Positions 17,124 to 26,104 of a stretch of 32,000 nucleotides of DNA are shown piece by piece. Source of the stretch: Candidatus Jordarchaeales archaeon (GTDB lineage: Archaea > Asgardarchaeota > Jordiarchaeia > Jordiarchaeales > Freyrarchaeaceae); contig JAWCFL010000019.1 of the NCBI GenBank assembly GCA_038858525.1, forward strand, positions 5,765 through 37,764, written 5' to 3'. Under the pieces are notes generated by a model. The model saw only the letters and a list, made by a program, of their open reading frames with translations. It searched no databases and had not been told where the DNA came from. Made by a program: the position numbers and the translations under genes. Each line of letters begins with the position of its first letter. The stretch's first letter is position 1.

Positions 17124-18630
17124 TGTTAGTGTTCTCTTCGCCGCATCGCCCCCTACAGACTGTGAAGTGTCCCTCGTGTTCCCAGACCCAATAACGAACT
17201 CACTGATGATCAGCTCACAAGTGGCCACCTTTAACAAAACTCTGCCATTCGTAGACTTCTCCAATTCAAGCACTTTTCAGAACCTCACAGGTTACAGCAT
17301 CAGCGTGAATTATCTCTCCCGATTGTACTATCCCATGTTCACTGAACTCTCGGACTTCTACAGAACAATCTTCCCAGAAATCTTCCCAGAAATTGAAGAA
17401 ATAGAAATCGCTCAATCGTTGTTATCCCTGCTATCTCAAAGGTCGATAGTGACTGTGAACATAGTTGTAGCGTTCTCGAATGTGAATGAAACGTATTGCG
17501 ATAACGCATTGAACGACTTGGCTAACCAGATAAAAAGCAAGTTTTCGGCAACCCCAATATACGAAACAAAGAATATCTCTGCAGATTTCAATTGGGTGAA
17601 TGGAATGTATATTTTTATTTTCGGTGAGGAGGCTGCTTCAGAGCTGTTTAAACTCGTCCCGGAGGGGACCATTATACAGTTGTCTCTTAACTCCGGAGTT
17701 CCAATGATGTTCTCAGTCTTCTCTATAGGTAATATTATTGGAAATGATATTTTTAATATGACTATGTTTACTGGTGATGCTCTTTTTGAAGGTGGGCTTT
17801 CTGGTAGTCTTGGCGGTGAGTTTAGCTTTTCATTGCGGGGTGTCTTGAACGCTTCAAGTGGCTTCACGTTAAGCTTACCGACGGTCGTCGTCACCCACTC
17901 GCCCGGCAACCTCACAGATTACACCCAAAATGTCCCTGTTATTGCTACGTCTACGCCAAACTTCTTCTCTGTGGCGTGGTACCTCGCCTCCGGGTCGGGG
18001 CTGGACCTATATGTGCGCTTCTCCTGCGATCTACGTTATACCTCTGGGTTCAGGTCGTGGGAACTTCCAGACCCTGGAGCCTATGAGCTTAGCTTCGAGC
18101 AAGCCCTCACCAGCATGACGGTTAACGTGAGCGCGCCTGTCAGGCTTAACGCTTCCCTCACGACGGAGAACCCGGTCGGGGCTAGCGTGGATGCGTTGGC
18201 TGACGGGGCGTCTAAGGATGCCGGCTTCCTAGGGTGGTTTGCCTGCATTGAGGTCAACAATTCGGCAGCTCTACAAGAGATAACGCTGACGGTATACTAC
18301 TACGACGAGGAGGTTGAGGCTGCGGGACTAAAAGAAGAAACACTCTCACTATACTACTGGAATGGATCAGCATGGGTCAAAATAGAATCAACAGTCGACA
18401 CCCAGAGGAACACCATAACAGCCAGAGTAAACCACACAACATATTTCGCAATAATAGGTGAGAAGGCGGTAGCAGCACCACCAATTAATTTGCAGCTCTT
18501 CTTGCTCCTCCAGCTGCTCCAGTTGATGTCGGGTAGGTCGACGCTTCTGCTCGTGGTGACGTCTGGAGGCGTAGTCATAGCGGCTGTGGCGTTGGCACTG
18601 CTAATCATGAGAAGGCGTAGATTCACCTAA
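17119..18630 (+). CDS. C-terminal part of the same surface glycoprotein, with membrane anchor
   Basis: Frame open from 17119 with no signal peptide. Contains a second copy of the N-terminal domain, a beta-rich LSLYYWNGSAWV...ITARVNHTTYFAI module seen in archaeal surface proteins, and a hydrophobic anchor with an RRRR tail. Confidence 0.75.
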   Translation, partial: GDVSVLFAASPPTDCEVSLVFPDPITNSLMISSQVATFNKTLPFVDFSNSSTFQNLTGYSISVNYLSRLYYPMFTELSDFYRTIFPEIFPEIEEIEIAQSLLSLLSQRSIVTVNIVVAFSNVNETYCDNALNDLANQIKSKFSATPIYETKNISADFNWVNGMYIFIFGEEAASELFKLVPEGTIIQLSLNSGVPMMFSVFSIGNIIGNDIFNMTMFTGDALFEGGLSGSLGGEFSFSLRGVLNASSGFTLSLPTVVVTHSPGNLTDYTQNVPVIATSTPNFFSVAWYLASGSGLDLYVRFSCDLRYTSGFRSWELPDPGAYELSFEQALTSMTVNVSAPVRLNASLTTENPVGASVDALADGASKDAGFLGWFACIEVNNSAALQEITLTVYYYDEEVEAAGLKEETLSLYYWNGSAWVKIESTVDTQRNTITARVNHTTYFAIIGEKAVAAPPINLQLFLLLQLLQLMSGRSTLLLVVTSGGVVIAAVALALLIMRRRRFT

Positions 18631-18684
18631 CCCTTCTTCTTTCTTTTTTTTTTATCTATCAGCGGAAGGGTTACCGCTCTTTTT
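18631..18684 (+). terminator. Probable terminator after the surface-protein gene
   Basis: Pyrimidine/T tract (CTTCTTCTTTCTTTTTTTTTT) directly after the stop, then hairpin AGCGG-N8-CCGCT followed by CTTTTT. Confidence 0.6.
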
Positions 18685-19023
18685 AGCAACTTAGTCGTTT
18701 CTTCATCTTACCGTCAAATTGTTGCCTCTAGAAGTTTTGCTGGAAAGGTAACGCCTCTCGTCTCTTTCGGGCTGCTAAGGGTGCTGAGAAGCCAAAAACT
18801 CTCTAAACTGGGGTTCATCAAAAGGCCTGTGGTTCACAGAGCGAGGGGTGCAAAAATAATAAAGAAGGATGGTGGTTGGTTTCTCGTATCGCGGGAAAAG
18901 TGATAGCCAAGCTAAGCCCGGAAGAGGCGGCCACCAGCATTTCTGCCCTCATCAAGAAATATTCTTGTGCTGGAAACCCGGTAAACTCGGGATTCCATCA
19001 GCTAGTGCGCCCCTCATAGCTTT

Positions 19024-20160
19024 CTAACTCGAGGCGATTTTTTCCGCTAGAACGCGCCCCCTGTATGCCACCCAGTACTCTTCATCCCTTTCACCCTGGC
19101 GTATCTTCGAAGCCTCAACTCTTGATGCTCTAAGCAACAGCTCAGCTCTCTGCAGCTCTCCTCCCTGAAGAGCGATGAAGAGGAGCTTAACCAGCTCAAC
19201 AGCCCTGTCGTGAACCCTGTCCCCGACCGCCGGCGTGAGAGCTCCTTGAAGCAGCCACCTCAAAAATTTAGACGCGTTCTCATCTTCTCTAATTTTCCTC
19301 AGCGCCCTACCCGACCTAGCAATGAATGAACCCAAAGGAAGATAGTATGACACGCCGATCTCCGCCGCCTTCTGTCCTCCCGGGTCCTTCATGCTTACGA
19401 GTATGATGTCTGGAGCGTCGTCGGGCACGAGCATGGCAAGCCACAATATAACGGCCTCCTCAGGTCTTAACCCTGGAGGTAGCCCCCAGCCCTCCTCTTG
19501 AGAGAGGCACTCAACCAGCCGTCTGAAGACCAGGGGGTTTGCTCCAATGTCGTAAGGAAAGACGTGCAGCGTGTGCCATGCCTGTTGTCCTCCTCCTGCC
19601 TCATACTTCACTCTTCCACACCTTGAAAGCACGTACCCCGCCAGCAGAATCATGAAGTAATCCAGGTTCACCTTTGCGTCGTACTTTTCTTTACCTTTCA
19701 TGAAGGGCGCTCGTGAAAGAGCATATTGCTCCGGCTTGAATATGCTGGGAAGCGAAAACTCCCCCTTCCCGAAACGGGAGAAGGCGGCGGCAGTGTCCTG
19801 CGGCTTATAGCTTCTAAGCTCATTGGAGTAGGCGGTTAGCGCGTCAAGGAACGAGCTCCCCTCCGGCAAAGAGAGTCTCTTCATAAGTGATGCGAATATT
19901 TTCTTGTCGTTGCCTGATGCTGGAATTTCGACTCCCTTCCAGCGTTCGTGGTACCTTTTTAGTGTGAGGGTGGCTTGACTAATTCCGCCTGCGAGGAGTT
20001 CAGCCACGCTTCCCGCGGTCGTGCGAATCTCTAAACGGTCACCATAGACAGCCGTGCTCTCAATTTTTCCCCTCTCAAGGAAGGAGATGAATGTTAGCAT
20101 GTAGTACCTTGCTACTCCCGGAGGCAAAACAATACTGCCTCTTTTCTCATCCAGCATCAC
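19024..20160 (-). CDS. cas8a: Type I-A Cascade large subunit, Cas8a2/Csa4-like (or CsaX-like)
   Basis: Last gene of a csa5-cas7-cas5-cas3'-cas3'' operon, matching the type I-A order in crenarchaea; 378 aa. Call rests mainly on position; the sequence is divergent. Confidence 0.6.
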   Translation of the reverse strand: MMLDEKRGSIVLPPGVARYYMLTFISFLERGKIESTAVYGDRLEIRTTAGSVAELLAGGISQATLTLKRYHERWKGVEIPASGNDKKIFASLMKRLSLPEGSSFLDALTAYSNELRSYKPQDTAAAFSRFGKGEFSLPSIFKPEQYALSRAPFMKGKEKYDAKVNLDYFMILLAGYVLSRCGRVKYEAGGGQQAWHTLHVFPYDIGANPLVFRRLVECLSQEEGWGLPPGLRPEEAVILWLAMLVPDDAPDIILVSMKDPGGQKAAEIGVSYYLPLGSFIARSGRALRKIREDENASKFLRWLLQGALTPAVGDRVHDRAVELVKLLFIALQGGELQRAELLLRASRVEASKIRQGERDEEYWVAYRGRVLAEKIASS

Positions 20161-20873
20161 ACCACCTCCTCGATCTCCTCTATAAACGCTCTTCTCACCT
20201 CATTCACCTCCCCTCTTCGTCTAGCATCCAAGTTATCGGCTATTATCAAGGGGTTCATGACGAGCACGTAGAGCTTCAACCACTTCTCAACCCTATTCAT
20301 CTTCCTCACCCCATTAATCCACGAGTAGAAACTACTAACATCCTCGCCTCTCAAAACGGCTCCCCTCAAGTTAACGTTGAACTTTTCGAACGTAGACGGG
20401 AGATCCCCTTCACAGAACCCTTCCTTCACTATGCCGAGCACCTTGCCTCTGTCGTCGCCCTCCGAAATCATCTTGAATGGGTTTCTCATCGCGTGATGGT
20501 GGTTTAAAACGCTTAGAACAACCAGAACCTTTTCCACACTCGCCCACTTGGGCTGGGTGCTGAGAAACTTGTAGCACATAGCGGCGGACGCAACTTCGTG
20601 ATATTGAAACCCAACTCTGTTAGAGGAACAATTATCGTCAAACCTTTTCTGAAAGTAGTTGTATGCTTTTCCGACGTCGTGGAACAGGACGGCCAGTCTA
20701 GCCATCTCCTCAACCTTCTCCGGCTCAACGGTTCTCTCTCCGAGGGCTGCCCTAATCCTCCTAGAGGCAACCTCGAAGTAGCCCTGATTCTTTCTCGTGA
20801 AGGCTTCCAGCATGCTGAGGCAGCCTTCAATATGGCTTGTCAGGGGTTGCCCGACGAAGGCGCACGGCTTCAA
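20157..20873 (-). CDS. cas3'': CRISPR-associated HD nuclease Cas3''
   Basis: SHIEGC, LFHDVGKA (HD), HEVASA, NHHH and IIADNLDA motifs; coupled to cas3'. Confidence 0.93.
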   Translation of the reverse strand: MKPCAFVGQPLTSHIEGCLSMLEAFTRKNQGYFEVASRRIRAALGERTVEPEKVEEMARLAVLFHDVGKAYNYFQKRFDDNCSSNRVGFQYHEVASAAMCYKFLSTQPKWASVEKVLVVLSVLNHHHAMRNPFKMISEGDDRGKVLGIVKEGFCEGDLPSTFEKFNVNLRGAVLRGEDVSSFYSWINGVRKMNRVEKWLKLYVLVMNPLIIADNLDARRRGEVNEVRRAFIEEIEEVV

Positions 20874-22549
20874 TCGCTAACCCCCACATACCCTACTTCG
20901 CGGTCTATCTCGTCCAGAACTATGCCCTCATAGTTGTTCCTAAGAAGCTCTAGCGACAAGTTGTTTGCCCTCAAAAGCGCCCTCCTACTCCTCTCGTCTA
21001 GAGCCTCTATCCTTCCGTCCTTGACGACGTTTGCCCCATGCATTATCGCCTTTCTCGCCATGTTCTCCGATAATCCCACGGCGTTCTGCAGGTAGCTTCC
21101 GTTATTAACGTCCTCAGCGGCGAAAGCAGACACGATGCCGAAGGAAGCCGTCAATCCACCGACAGCCTCGATGAGCCTCCTTGCATCTTGCGCCGTAAGG
21201 AAGGGGTAAGCGTCCAAGTCTCCGAGCAGCCGTCCAAAGACCTCAAACTGCTGGTCGAGCTTCCCTACGCGCTCCTCACAGTAAACCTCACTCATCACCG
21301 CCCTGACTTCGTCCTCAACCTTACTCCTCGGACGGAAGTCATCATGCCCCTCAATAAGTCTCCAGGTCGCATCTATCACGTTTTTATCGTAGACCCCACT
21401 CGAGACCTGCTTGACGACCACGACTTCCCCCTCATAGTGCTCTTCCTTCCTAGCGACGCGCCCCATTCTCTGCAGGAGCCTGTCAGGCGGACAAACCTCG
21501 GTCACGAGCACATCAAAGCTCTCATCTATCCCGGCCTCGACAACCTGTGTGGCGACCAGTGTTTTAGCCCTCCCAAGCTCCTTAGCCCTCTCCCTCTTAA
21601 CTGACTCCGGTAGTCTCCCGTGAAGAAGAACGGAGTTGACGCCCCTACTCCTCAGTTCCCTATAAACCTCAACGGCAGCCTTCACGGTGTTCAGCACTAT
21701 GAGCACCCTTTTACCTTGCCCGCAGTAGCCTACGGCCGCATCCAAGACGCCGCCCTCCCACACGGTTAACTTAATCCTCTTCCTTCTCCTCTCCTCCTCG
21801 AACTGCGGGTCTTTCTCTGGGGAGTAAGCTTCCTCCTCAAACTTCAAGCCGAAGCTTTCCACCTGCCTCTTCAGGAAGTCCTTGAGTGCTCTAGGCATTG
21901 TCGCAGTCATGACTACTGTGGGAACGCCGACGCTGGCCATTTGGATTATAGCCCTCGTAGCCGCATAGAGCGCTTTGGCTTCATCGTCGAAGGAGGGGAA
22001 ATCGCCAGTAGAAGACGGCTGGAGAAGGTGGAATTCGTCGAAGACAACGAGTGAAGAGTAAATGTTCCCTCTTGGAAACTCGTAGTGCGACACGTCATAC
22101 TTGAAGAGCTTCGCCAGCTCGCAAGCTGGAGCCTTGTAGAAGTTGAGCATAAACGTGTCGAGCGTGACGACAACGCATTTCTTCGCGAAGAATGGTGAGC
22201 CCGGGGACCCCATATGCTGTATACCGACCACGCCGGGGTAATATCCGAGCTTCTCCATCCATTTGCGCAGTCTTCCACCTAAGTCGTCAGCTATCGTCCT
22301 CATGGGGAGAACGTGTATCACCCTTGAGAAGAAGGGGTTCCCGTCAACCGCCACCTTGGCTAGCGCGAGCGTCATAGCGGACTTACCATACCCCGCCGGG
22401 TACTCCATGAAAACTACGCCGTTTTCGCCGTTGCTAAAAAGACAGTCGAGCCTTTCAAGTACCCTTGAAACTCCAAGCCTCACTCTCCACTTCGCTCCCT
22501 CCAATGCCCTGCACACTTTTTCATACTCGTCTCGGAGCGACTCAGCCAT
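20870..22549 (-). CDS. cas3': CRISPR-associated SF2 helicase Cas3'
   Basis: PAGYGKS, HVLPMR, TLDTF, DEFH, MTAT, LLHGR, QVVEAGID and QRMGRVAR motifs. Start placed at ATG 22549 (MAESLR), overlapping the cas5 stop; the ORF track starts at 22594. Confidence 0.95.
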   Translation of the reverse strand: MAESLRDEYEKVCRALEGAKWRVRLGVSRVLERLDCLFSNGENGVVFMEYPAGYGKSAMTLALAKVAVDGNPFFSRVIHVLPMRTIADDLGGRLRKWMEKLGYYPGVVGIQHMGSPGSPFFAKKCVVVTLDTFMLNFYKAPACELAKLFKYDVSHYEFPRGNIYSSLVVFDEFHLLQPSSTGDFPSFDDEAKALYAATRAIIQMASVGVPTVVMTATMPRALKDFLKRQVESFGLKFEEEAYSPEKDPQFEEERRRKRIKLTVWEGGVLDAAVGYCGQGKRVLIVLNTVKAAVEVYRELRSRGVNSVLLHGRLPESVKRERAKELGRAKTLVATQVVEAGIDESFDVLVTEVCPPDRLLQRMGRVARKEEHYEGEVVVVKQVSSGVYDKNVIDATWRLIEGHDDFRPRSKVEDEVRAVMSEVYCEERVGKLDQQFEVFGRLLGDLDAYPFLTAQDARRLIEAVGGLTASFGIVSAFAAEDVNNGSYLQNAVGLSENMARKAIMHGANVVKDGRIEALDERSRRALLRANNLSLELLRNNYEGIVLDEIDREVGYVGVSD

Positions 22550-23378
22550 AACCAACCACGACCTCGCCGTTAACCTCGAATGCCTGTCCCTCATTTAGAA
22601 GGGAAACCTTAACCTCTCCACTCATCAATGGGACCCTTGACCCCGGAACAATATATTCTTCATACTTCAAAGCCACATTTCTACCCCATCCTCCGCTCCA
22701 GAAAGCTTCTCTGTAGTAATTTCCCTCCTCAACGTTTCCAAGCCTTGCTGGGAAGTAGTATCGCGTCACTACAACCCTGTCCTTGATGGGTTTTGCCTTA
22801 GAAACGAGGACTTCATCGACGGATACTATGGACTCCCTGCTTCCAACCCTCGTCATCTGCCAAGCAGCCTTTCTCAGCTCGTCCTCGAGATTTCCAGCCA
22901 CAACCTCTTTCGCCTCCTCTTTAACCAGCAAGACCATAGAAACCCTCCCGGAAGGATAGTAGACCTTCCCGACGGGCAAAGCCCCCATCCTATACTTCAT
23001 CAGGTACCTCCGCCCCCCAACCGCCTCCTCTTCATTAGTATCCTTCACGGTCTCCTGAAATAGAAGAGTCACACACTTGCTTAAGTCATCCCACATGTAG
23101 CCGAAGGAGTGTGCGGAGTCAAAGCGTGCAGCAGCGTAAATATATTCCTCCAGTAGCCCAGCTGGGCTCATGAGTCCCCTTTCTGAGTCGAAGACCACAT
23201 CCCCCTCCTGCCTCATGCCGCGGAAAGACAGAACCCCCTTTCTGGCCAGGGGGTAAGCTAGAGCCCCAACGATAGTTGTCGGGGGCGGTATGGGGAGAGT
23301 GCCCTGAAACTTGCTCGTGCCCGGCTCCCTCACCCAGAAGCCCCAATGGTAACACGCCCTAACAGTCAAAGCCAGCAT
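22542..23378 (-). CDS. cas5: Type I-A Cas5
   Basis: N-terminal HWGFWVREP...TLPIPPPTTIVGALA and C-terminal MTRVGSRESIVSV Gly-loop, typical of Cas5a. Confidence 0.9.
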   Translation of the reverse strand: MLALTVRACYHWGFWVREPGTSKFQGTLPIPPPTTIVGALAYPLARKGVLSFRGMRQEGDVVFDSERGLMSPAGLLEEYIYAAARFDSAHSFGYMWDDLSKCVTLLFQETVKDTNEEEAVGGRRYLMKYRMGALPVGKVYYPSGRVSMVLLVKEEAKEVVAGNLEDELRKAAWQMTRVGSRESIVSVDEVLVSKAKPIKDRVVVTRYYFPARLGNVEEGNYYREAFWSGGWGRNVALKYEEYIVPGSRVPLMSGEVKVSLLNEGQAFEVNGEVVVGYG

Positions 23379-23422
23379 GAAACCCCTCCAACATTCACCC
23401 TGACGACAAAAAAGGGGTGGTG

Positions 23423-24457
23423 CTACGAGGCCTTCCCTTTCACCGCCGCGACGACACGCTTTAGGAACTCTTCCAGATTCCCCGAGACGTCGACGCCCTC
23501 AACTTTCTCAATGGCTTTCTCCTTATCCATGGCGAACAGCAAGACCCCGGCTCCATCCTCCTTCTCTCCTTTTCGCAACTCCCTCATGAGAGCCTCGAAG
23601 CTGCTCTTCCTGCTAACCGTCTCCTCTATGAATTTCTTCGAGTTCCCCGGAGAGACCACGAAGAAGGTGTTCCTCGATACTGCTGCGATAGCTGAGAGTG
23701 GCTCCATGTTTGGCAAAAACCTGCTCCTCTTCGCCCCAAACCTCAACTGAGTTAGGAAAATGCTCAGCGCTGAAAGAGCAGCCGTCACACGCTTCTCCTT
23801 CTCATTCTCAAGCTGCTTCTCCAGCTTCTCATCCCTTTCGCCGAAGCTCGTCGACGGCTTAGCTATTTGCGAGATGTCCATGTTCAACGTGAAAGTGTAA
23901 ACTGCAGATCCAACCTCGACATTGTAGGGCTGCTGCAAACTCATGAGTGACGGTGTAAACCTGACATGGAATTGCGCCTCGAGGGCGGCGGCCTCAACCT
24001 CGAACACTGCGGGAACCATGTAGCCTACTTGGAACGTGGAAGTCCTCTTAACCGGGTACCTGCCAGCGTAGAGGAAGCCTCCAACATCACACACGTAGTC
24101 CCTCAGCATTATTTCGACTTCAGCCCTGCGTATCTCACGCTCGCTCCCCGGAACCTTCACCCCATACTTCTCCAAGAAGCTCTCGTCCGCGAACTTTATG
24201 AACTCCCCCCTCTCGGACTCCTCGCTCAGCGGCAGCCCAACCCTCTTAGCCTCCTCGACGAGGTGAACCTGGTAGGCGTGCGCGAGAGACTCGCCGGAAA
24301 CCGTGGGCACAAACCTTATAGAGTAACCTCCATCCCCGCTTGGAACAACTATGGGCGCCGTCCTGTGCCTGACGAGGTTGCCAACGGTCTCAACGCTGTT
24401 AAGGCTCTCCAGGTTAACCAAAACCCTGAAAGCTATACTCAGAAACGCGTCAGCCAC
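23423..24457 (-). CDS. cas7: Type I-A Cas7 (Csa2/DevR family)
   Basis: ESLNSVETVGNLVRHR, VSGESLAHAYQ, CDVGGFL, VKRTSTFQVGY, EAQFHVR and FGAKRSRFLP. Start placed at GTG 24457 with a GGAGGTGG RBS. Confidence 0.95.
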   Translation of the reverse strand: MADAFLSIAFRVLVNLESLNSVETVGNLVRHRTAPIVVPSGDGGYSIRFVPTVSGESLAHAYQVHLVEEAKRVGLPLSEESERGEFIKFADESFLEKYGVKVPGSEREIRRAEVEIMLRDYVCDVGGFLYAGRYPVKRTSTFQVGYMVPAVFEVEAAALEAQFHVRFTPSLMSLQQPYNVEVGSAVYTFTLNMDISQIAKPSTSFGERDEKLEKQLENEKEKRVTAALSALSIFLTQLRFGAKRSRFLPNMEPLSAIAAVSRNTFFVVSPGNSKKFIEETVSRKSSFEALMRELRKGEKEDGAGVLLFAMDKEKAIEKVEGVDVSGNLEEFLKRVVAAVKGKAS

Positions 24458-24471
24458 ACAACCACCTCCAA

Positions 24472-24897
24472 TCACGCAGACCTCCTAGAAGCGGCAGACA
24501 AACAAGATGCAACCATCGACATAGCGTAGCTAGCCACGCTCCTAGCCAACCTCACATCCTTCGAAGCAGCCTCCAGAAACATCCTCACCTGCTCGTTGTC
24601 CGCAAGGTAGCCATCCACCACGTACTCCTCCTCATCAATTATCACGCGTACCCTGGTGAGCTCCCTTCCACCGCCCTCAAACTTCTCCTCACAAACACCC
24701 TGCCGCCCTCCACTATCGCGGTACCTTCTCAAAAGGTTCTCGAGAATCCTGGCATTCTCGTAGATAGCCCTGCTAACACTGTCAATGGAGAGAGCGTTAG
24801 CAACCCTATCGATCACGGAGTAGCTTTTCGATGCAACGCAAACGACAGCCAGAGAAGTCGCAACCCCCCTATACTTCGAAAGCTCAATAGCTTGCAT
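24472..24897 (-). CDS. csa5: Type I-A small subunit Csa5 (Cas11)
   Basis: First gene of the operon; SYSVIDRVANALSIDSVSRAIYE resembles Csa5; 141 aa. Confidence 0.82.
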   Translation of the reverse strand: MQAIELSKYRGVATSLAVVCVASKSYSVIDRVANALSIDSVSRAIYENARILENLLRRYRDSGGRQGVCEEKFEGGGRELTRVRVIIDEEEYVVDGYLADNEQVRMFLEAASKDVRLARSVASYAMSMVASCLSAASRRSA

Positions 24898-25026
24898 AAA
24901 CGATCCCTCGAATTCGATCTAACGGCTGTCTCCACTTATATATTTTTCTATGAAGCGGAAAAATTTTAATTTAGTGAAACAAAAGTAAAATATGAAGTCG
25001 GAGTTTCATTATGACGAAACAAGCTG
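24898..25026. promoter_or_regulatory. Divergent csa5/csa3 promoter region with palindromes
   Basis: TATA-like TTATATAT at 24936-24943, perfect palindrome TCGAATTCGA at 24908-24917, and GTTTCA-N6-CGAAAC at 25003-25020. Confidence 0.55.
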
Positions 25027-25671
25027 GTGGGGTTATTGGCGAGAACGGGTAAAGGCACAGCGATAGTTGCGTCTTTGGGTTTCGAGGAGAGGTTCCTCTT
25101 AAGGGCAGTCATAAGAAGAGGAGTCAAGGAAAACGACAAGATAGTAGTTATAATGCCCGAGAAGGGGGACCCGCGAGGAGAGAAAGCCTTCCAAACGCTG
25201 AAAGAACTGTTAGACAAAGCCTTCCCCCAAATAGAGCTAATCAAGCACGAGGTGAACGTCCAAGACTTCTACGGTGCCATCAGCAACCTCAGAAACCTTC
25301 TAAACAAGCTAAACCTAGAAAACAACATAGTACTCAACCTAAGCGGCGGCCAAAGACTTCTAATACTCGAAATACTGGCGGCCGCACTAAGCCTGGGAAT
25401 CAACGCGGAGCTGGAAATCGAGACAGAGGACTCCTCCGTTTACCTAACAATCCCAATAAAAACCATGCACCAGTTAAAGCTAGACCGGATAGACCAAGAA
25501 ATACTGAGAAAGGTCGCCGAAAGAGGCGAAATAAGACTCAAAGACTTGGAGGAGCTAAAAATACCGAAAGCTACCTTGTGGAGGAAGCTAAACAGGCTAA
25601 CAGAAGACGGCCTCCTCGAAAAGGACAGGGACAGGTACAAGCTAAGCGACATAGGGCGAGCATGGATGTAA
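25027..25671 (+). CDS. csa3: CRISPR locus transcription regulator Csa3 (CARF + wHTH)
   Basis: IVASLGFEERFLLR, VLNLSGGQRLLIL (CARF motif), C-terminal HTH IPKATLWRKLNRLTEDGLL...YKLSDIG; divergent from csa5. Confidence 0.92.
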   Translation: MGLLARTGKGTAIVASLGFEERFLLRAVIRRGVKENDKIVVIMPEKGDPRGEKAFQTLKELLDKAFPQIELIKHEVNVQDFYGAISNLRNLLNKLNLENNIVLNLSGGQRLLILEILAAALSLGINAELEIETEDSSVYLTIPIKTMHQLKLDRIDQEILRKVAERGEIRLKDLEELKIPKATLWRKLNRLTEDGLLEKDRDRYKLSDIGRAWM

Positions 25672-25795
25672 CGCAGTAGTACTCCAACTTAAATTAACCA
25701 ACTATAAATGAATATTTTAAGTGAGAAATTTAAGGATCTGGAAGAGCGCGAGGTCGGTAAGTGTCATGGAGCAGAAGCCTTAACCGCTAGATCCA

Positions 25796-26104
25796 TTAGG
25801 TGATTTTTACTGCATGCTCGAGCATGTCCTGCAGTATCACGCTATTCTCCTTCCTCCTCCGGAATTCCTGCGGAGTTAGTGGTGTTAAGTCTAGGGAGTA
25901 GCCGGGCCTCGCATGCCTCTTGACCACCTTGTAGCGCTCCCCTAAGTCGAGGTTCTCGAACATCCTTGAGACAACTATGAGGTCCCACGTCGCTGTCGTC
26001 AGGCCAGTCCCCTCTAGCATAGCTACCAGTAAGGTAACTTCAACGTCCGGTTCTACCTCTCTAAGCGAGCGGACAAGCTCCCTCAGCCACTCCTCAACCT
26101 CCAT
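25796..26104 (-). pseudogene. Minimal nucleotidyltransferase (MNT) antitoxin with its catalytic motif shifted out of frame
   Basis: The open frame reads ...VTLLVAMLEGTGLTTATWDLIVVS, but the alternative frame at 26027-25986 reads GSYARGDWPDDSDV, which rejoins DLIVVS: compensating -1/+1 indels. Start ATG 26104 overlaps the HEPN stop. Confidence 0.85.

Noticed and set aside
18631-19023. CRISPR array or cas6 remnant downstream of the cas operon; also a 47-codon TTG ORF at 18876-19019
   Set aside because: No repeated unit seen; the short ORF has a plausible RBS but no recognisable homology.
20091-24529. Plus-strand ORFs opposite the cas operon (e.g. 20091-20507, 21188-21604, 23346-23750, 23966-24529)
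   Set aside because: Antisense shadows of well-supported cas genes, without motifs of their own.
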